The notes beneath the pieces were generated by a model. The model ran no database searches, was not told the origin of the DNA, and saw only the letters and a list, made by a program, of their open reading frames with translations. DNA of 62,782 nt, counting the filler. It is 15 parts of 15 records of this genome, joined end to end, with 100 filler letters (N's around TTAATTAATTAA, not from the genome) between each part and the next. Parts side by side here need not be neighbours in the genome. Positions count along the whole stretch, not along the records: positions 57,503 to 59,807 come from SRR9188676_2131; positions 59,908 to 62,782 come from SRR9188676_2137; 13 more parts are not named here. One strand, 5' to 3'. The first letter of the stretch is position 1, and each line of letters starts with the position of its first letter. Made by a program: the position numbers and the translations under genes. Below are positions 57,844 through 62,782 of the stretch, piece after piece.

Positions 57844-58889
57844 GTTTGGCAACATCTTTGTGTTGCGGTTGCCGTCGCAAGTGAGTGATGAGATCGATGA
57901 TGACCCCACGGGCACACGCATCGCACTGGACCAAGGCCTGCTGAACGGCGCCCCTCACAAGGTATTTTACACTGCCTTCATGAGGGACACCGTTGAGACT
58001 TGCCCATTCAGCCACATTCTTCTCTTTTGATCTTTCTGCTTTCTTTCCATCAAAGCTCTCGCGACTTCCTTTTCTGATCTCTTTTTCCTTCTCTCTCTTT
58101 TTTCCCCTCTATTTTCTCATACCTACATCGCCACAACACCCAGCTGCAAAACATTTGCAATTACCACGTCGGCGAGACCGTGACGTCGCTGTCCAAGGTG
58201 GCGCTGCAGCCAGGCGGGCGCGAGGCTATCCTGTACACCACCGTGTTCGGCACAGTGGGTGCGCTCATCCCGGTCACCTCCAAGCAGGACGTGGACTTCT
58301 TCACCCACTTGGAGATGCACATGCGCCAGCAGCTGCCTCCCCTCTGCGGCAGAGACCATCTCTGGTATGTACTTCAATTTATTTTTGTTGTGTATTATTA
58401 CGTGTGTGATTGCATGCCCGGTCGCCTACCCACTCGCTTATCCACTCGATTGTAGGATGAATACTAGTGGTTAGGTGATGAAACCTAAGCGAGATCTCCT
58501 AATTCTTCGTTTGGCATTGGGAGAGATTTCTTCCGTCAAGATCCGATGAGCCCATTATCGACTACTTTCTCTCGACATCTCATTGATGTTGTTCTGGATA
58601 TTCAAATATCCACGACGACCATTCCCTACGTCTCTGCTTTCCCTTAATTATTTAATTATTTTGGTATTTATGAGCTGATTCTATTTACCTTTTTCTAATG
58701 CTGCGTTCTCCAATACTGTGCAGGTACCGATCGTACTACATGCCAGTGAAGGGTGTGATCGACGGTGATCTGTGCGAGATGTTCACGTCGCTAGAGGCGG
58801 CCAAGCAGGAGACAGTGTCGGGCGATATGGACCGCAAGCCCGCCGAGATGCTCAAGAAGCTCGACGATATTGCAAACAGATTATTATAA
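57844..58889 (+). CDS. SF3B3: Splicing factor 3B subunit 3 (SAP130/RSE1), last three exons
   Basis: FGNIFVLRLP...DDDPTG...LNGAPHK, YHVGETVTSL.K..LQPGG, DVDFF.HLEMHMRQ..PPLCGRDHL and YRSYY.PVK.VIDGDLCE.F. Confidence 0.96.
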
Positions 58890-59807
58890 GCCCTGTGTCT
58901 ATTCAGCCAGCACATAGATCAGCTAGTCTCGGACCTCCTCGGACCATCAGGCCAAAATTGGATCGTGAGGCAGGCTGTTCATGAAGCTCCTGAGATTGCT
59001 CACAGATTAATCTATAAGCCTTCTGTAGCCTGCCGCTTGTCTTTCTTCAGCTCAGCTCACATCTGGCCTCGGACCATCGGACCAATACCGTCCAATCGAC
59101 ACATGCATACTCACAATACCACTCCCTCGAATAACTCTCGATACAAGTCTCAACAATTTCTTAGGAACTTGAAGAAATAAGGATTTCTTCATCCTGGCAC
59201 CCTATCACTCTGTAATTTCTTCTCAAATCAAGTCTTTCATCTGTTTTGTTCTTCGCTCGTCATCCAATTCACTTCTTCCTTATTTTACCTGTGGGAAATT
59301 TTCGTTCTTTTTCTCTCTCCTCTTTTCCATCATCACTCCACTACCCTCAGATCACCTCAGAAATATGATCTCAGACATTCATACGTAAATCGTATGTCTG
59401 TCGCACGACTATCTATAAAGTAAATAAATGATTGATATTACCGTATTGTCTCACTGTCTCACGTCTACTATTGCGATTTTGGCCCCAAATTCCAAATTTG
59501 ACTTGAATGGATATCCCCGGTGTGATACCTTCTCGATTACTCGATTTCCTTTTGCGATTCAGGTTTCATCAATATTTCCTAGATTCTGCCGAATTTGGAG
59601 AATTGCCGGCATGCCTGGTACACGTATACCGAGTTTATGTGGTTTATGGGCACAGTGCAGCCCTATTGCTATTGCTAGGGGGGCCGCAGAATTTGGGCTC
59701 CCGGTTTATGTGAGACAATACGGTATCTGCCAAGTTTCTACAAGTTTCTAGTAACCCAAAACCTTGTTGTAACAGTGCAAAGAATAGTACTTTAAAATGA
59801 CTGTAAG

Positions 59808-59907
59808 NNNNNNNNNNNNNNNNNNNNNNNNNNNNNNNNNNNNNNNNNNNNTTAATTAATTAANNNNNNNNNNNNNNNNNNNNNNNNNNNNNNNNNNNNN
59901 NNNNNNN
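59808..59907. other. Artificial contig linker
   Basis: N44-TTAATTAATTAA-N44. Confidence 0.99.
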
Positions 59908-59930
59908 ATGCATGTTGGATGTATATGCAG

Positions 59931-61474
59931 CTCATACCCTGGAGCTTTTGGAGCCATTCCTAAAGTCCGGTTCCAAGGCACTTGATGTTGGCTCTGGAAG
60001 CGGGTACTTGACCGCATGTTTGGGTGCACTTGTGGGTGAATCTGGGAAAGTATTCGGTATCGAATACGTGAATGGTAAGGCCACTATATTCCTAAAATAT
60101 TCGAGCTATTTTTCTTTTTGCTCTTTCTGTGCTAATCGATTTATTATTCACTATTATAGAGCTCGTGAATTTGGCACAGAAGAACCTGCAGTCCGACCCA
60201 ATGGGCTCGCAATTTGTTGCTCAAGGCCGAATTCAAGTTATCCGTATGTATTTGATCTTGAATATCACGATCCTCTGCTTCCAGAGACCCATACCTTTGA
60301 TCGAGATATCATTGGGACATCTTATTCTTGTAGAGTTTCTTCTACTCCGGAAACGGTTCCCGTTGGTCGGCAGGTCTCAGTTCAAACTTTCGAATTCCTA
60401 TTGGTTTTGGGGAGATTTTCAAGATAGGGAGGAGTCAGCGCATTTGAAGGCGAAATCGAACTCGGCAAGCCTTGAAGCCACAAACAATGCGCTTCAAAGT
60501 TGGGAGAAAGGTGGACCATTTGACATAATTCTGCCTCGAGTTTGTTAATTTCGAGGAAGAAAAACAATCTTCTTGATCGGATTGAAATTTGGTTTTCTAC
60601 CGCTCGCGCCAAACTCTATATTCGGAGAATCCGAAAGCAGAACTTGACACTTGATAGAAACATCAATCACAGCCATCTGACGAAATATTATTCCTTTCTG
60701 TCCATACTGAATGGGGGCAAAAAAACATTATTCAATGATTCCCGAAACTATCTATTCTTCATCTCCATTTTCAGGAGGCGATGGGTGGAAGGGCCTCCCG
60801 GAAGAGGCACCGTTCAATGCGATCCATGTTGGGGCTGCTGCTGCGAGCCTCCCTCAAGCTTTAGTTGATCAGCTGGCTAATGGTGGCCGCATGGTCATCC
60901 CCATCGGCCCGCAGGGCGGCGAACAAGTGTTGTATCAGGTACGTAAAACCAAAGTTTATGAACCTTTCCACAGTAGGCTTGTGTGGAGGGCGAAGTGCTT
61001 GAAAGATGAGAAGGTGGGAAGAGCTCATTGCTGTTGATGGGGATGAGCACGTGCCGCAACGACGGCTGATCGGTTGTGATAAGAACCTTTTCGCAAGAGT
61101 GTTTGGAATTCGGGGTGATGGGTGGAAGGGATTCTCGGGGGAGGGAGCATTGGGACAGCGGACGCGAGTCTCTCCCAGGCTCTGGTGGACCACGTGATCC
61201 ATGACACGGACGTCTGCATCATGTTCGATGGTTACACTGCTCCTTAATCTCGCAACTGACCATAGCTTTCTTCGCTTCTTTATCGGTTGACTCAGTCCAT
61301 CATTTACATGCCATTCTGGGCATGCACAGACCCTGTATTTTCCATACCCTCTCTTCATGGCCTTCTCACGTGCTTTCTTTTCTTCCACTTTTTCAGATTG
61401 ACAAGGACCCTCAAGGCAAAGTGCAACTCAATCCCTTAATGGGGGTCATATACGTTCCCTTGGTGAAGAAGTGA
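59931..61474 (+). CDS. PCMT1: Protein-L-isoaspartate O-methyltransferase, last four exons (5' truncated)
   Basis: [52 protein letters not shown] and LMGVIYVPL. Confidence 0.96.
60990..61193 (+). pseudogene. Degenerate PCMT copy inside the last PCMT intron
   Basis: Encodes [12 protein letters not shown] (from 61108) and, after a frameshift, [10 protein letters not shown] (61164-61193), versus [13 protein letters not shown] and [10 protein letters not shown] in the host gene. Confidence 0.7.
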
Positions 61475-62782
61475 TTACTTTTGGAACCAAATTCCTATTT
61501 TTCATATATTAATGCGCAATCCGCTTTTGGGGGAGTATTTTTCAACTATTTTTCCCACTCTCTCCTCTTTTTTATACGACCTCCGAACTCAAGAGTCGTC
61601 ATCATCACACAATCAAATTGTATATCATAACCCATATCTCAGTACAACATCACAATCAGGATTTTTTTTCATTGGATTTGTCCAACATCACAGCGGCATT
61701 TTCCCTCGAGAATCGGCTAGAAATCACCACCATTGGACCAGACGACCCAGCTTTCACTCCCGACTCAATCTTTTCTTGCTGTTCCCCCCCTCACCACGAC
61801 ATCAAGATCAGAATGTCCATACCCCTGACTTTTTTTCTCGTTGTATTCTTACTCTGTTCTTTCCGGCAGGTGGATGCACATCTAAATTTGTGATTCTGGT
61901 AAATGATTTTCAAGGGTTTTCACAATGATCCTTTGCTCTTTCTTTCTCTTTTCACTCTTCTCCTTTCCTACGGAGAACATCACTGAACTTCATCAGCCAG
62001 TAGCCATGTGATATATTGAGATGGTGGCTAGCCACATTCCCATTCTCGAGTGCATGTACTCTCTCACACATATCAGCTCCGACTTGGTGAAAGTATATTC
62101 CAGCGAAATAAATCCAAATTTTCATGTTCCCTTCTGCGTATCATACATGTAACATGACACGTTCGGATTATTTTCGAGATGAACAGAGGGGCTGATGGAT
62201 TCCATCTAAAAATGGGATAGATCCCCATTTGGACAAATTTCCAACGTGAGCTTGGTGAGCTTTACTGTACCAACGTAGATATTCATACACATGAAAGCCA
62301 CGAATTATGACTGAGCAATTTCCTGAATTTCCGAGAGAATATACGATGTTATGTCTGTCTACTGTGAACAACTTGTAAGTCCAATGCGCAATATGGTATT
62401 CTTTACATCACTGACAAAAGATCAATTCCTCCTATCGAATTGGATGACATACACTGCGCGGGAACATTCCGCGGGATTTCCTCAAATAAGCAGAGATAAT
62501 ACTGTGTAATACGACCTCGCTGTTGCGGTTGGCAGGTTCGAAGAATTAAGTATCTTTATTTTTTTGTCGTCGTGGACGATGCAAGATAGAGCGATCAAAA
62601 GGGAGGACCACAAAAGAAATGTAAAAGTGGTAAAAGGATTGAGGGGAGAGAGCTCAGGGATAAAAATAGAAAAGAAGCGCACTCAGTGGGACCGACGTGA
62701 CAGACGCACATAGTGGATGCACCTCAGAGAAATAAAAGAAAATAGGTCACTGCAGATCAAAACCGACCTTGATCGAAATTCT

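Noticed and set aside
3049-59907. Regularly recurring N44-TTAATTAATTAA-N44 blocks as a biological repeat or CRISPR-like array
   Set aside because: Identical 100-nt spacers with stops in all six frames are a contig-concatenation linker. Genes are cut at them, so cross-linker clustering cannot be interpreted.
61512-62782. ORFs downstream of PCMT
   Set aside because: No frame gave a recognisable or splice-consistent protein.
1-62782. tRNA, rRNA, CRISPR arrays or prokaryotic defence operons
   Set aside because: None recognised by eye; snoRNAs or other small RNAs in the long introns cannot be excluded without an Infernal/Rfam search.

Overview
Eukaryotic DNA, most likely a compact protist-type genome. 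The window is not contiguous: it is 15 contigs joined by 14 artificial 100-nt linkers (N44-TTAATTAATTAA-N44), so adjacency across linkers is meaningless. Genes have canonical GT-AG introns and use the standard code. Recognisable genes: GRP94/HSP90B1 (complete, KDEL), TMTC-type O-mannosyltransferase, TCTP, CMC1, a FYVE protein, a RING-HC protein, MPP10, NRDE2, a UBL-WLM-PUB (WSS1-like) protease, aminodeoxychorismate synthase (start only), a GAF-HisKA histidine kinase, BET5/TRAPPC1, MPV17-like, NTF2, nuclear NDUFS3, SF3B3 (3' end), PCMT, a SET-domain protein, two zinc-finger proteins and retroelement relics. The best novelty candidate is a 3-exon, 76-aa gene at 35589-35948, only partly visible in the ORF track, with an in-frame TGA at codon 4 and a well-formed SECIS element just downstream. 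It looks like a small selenoprotein of no family I recognise. Other highlights: a small membrane ORF 15 nt upstream of and in frame with TMTC, a recurring TAGGGGGGTA promoter motif, a spliced PCMT relic inside a PCMT intron, and a 14-finger C2H2 protein with a mitochondrial-presequence-like N-terminus. All exon models were assembled by eye and family calls come from motif recognition, not database searches.
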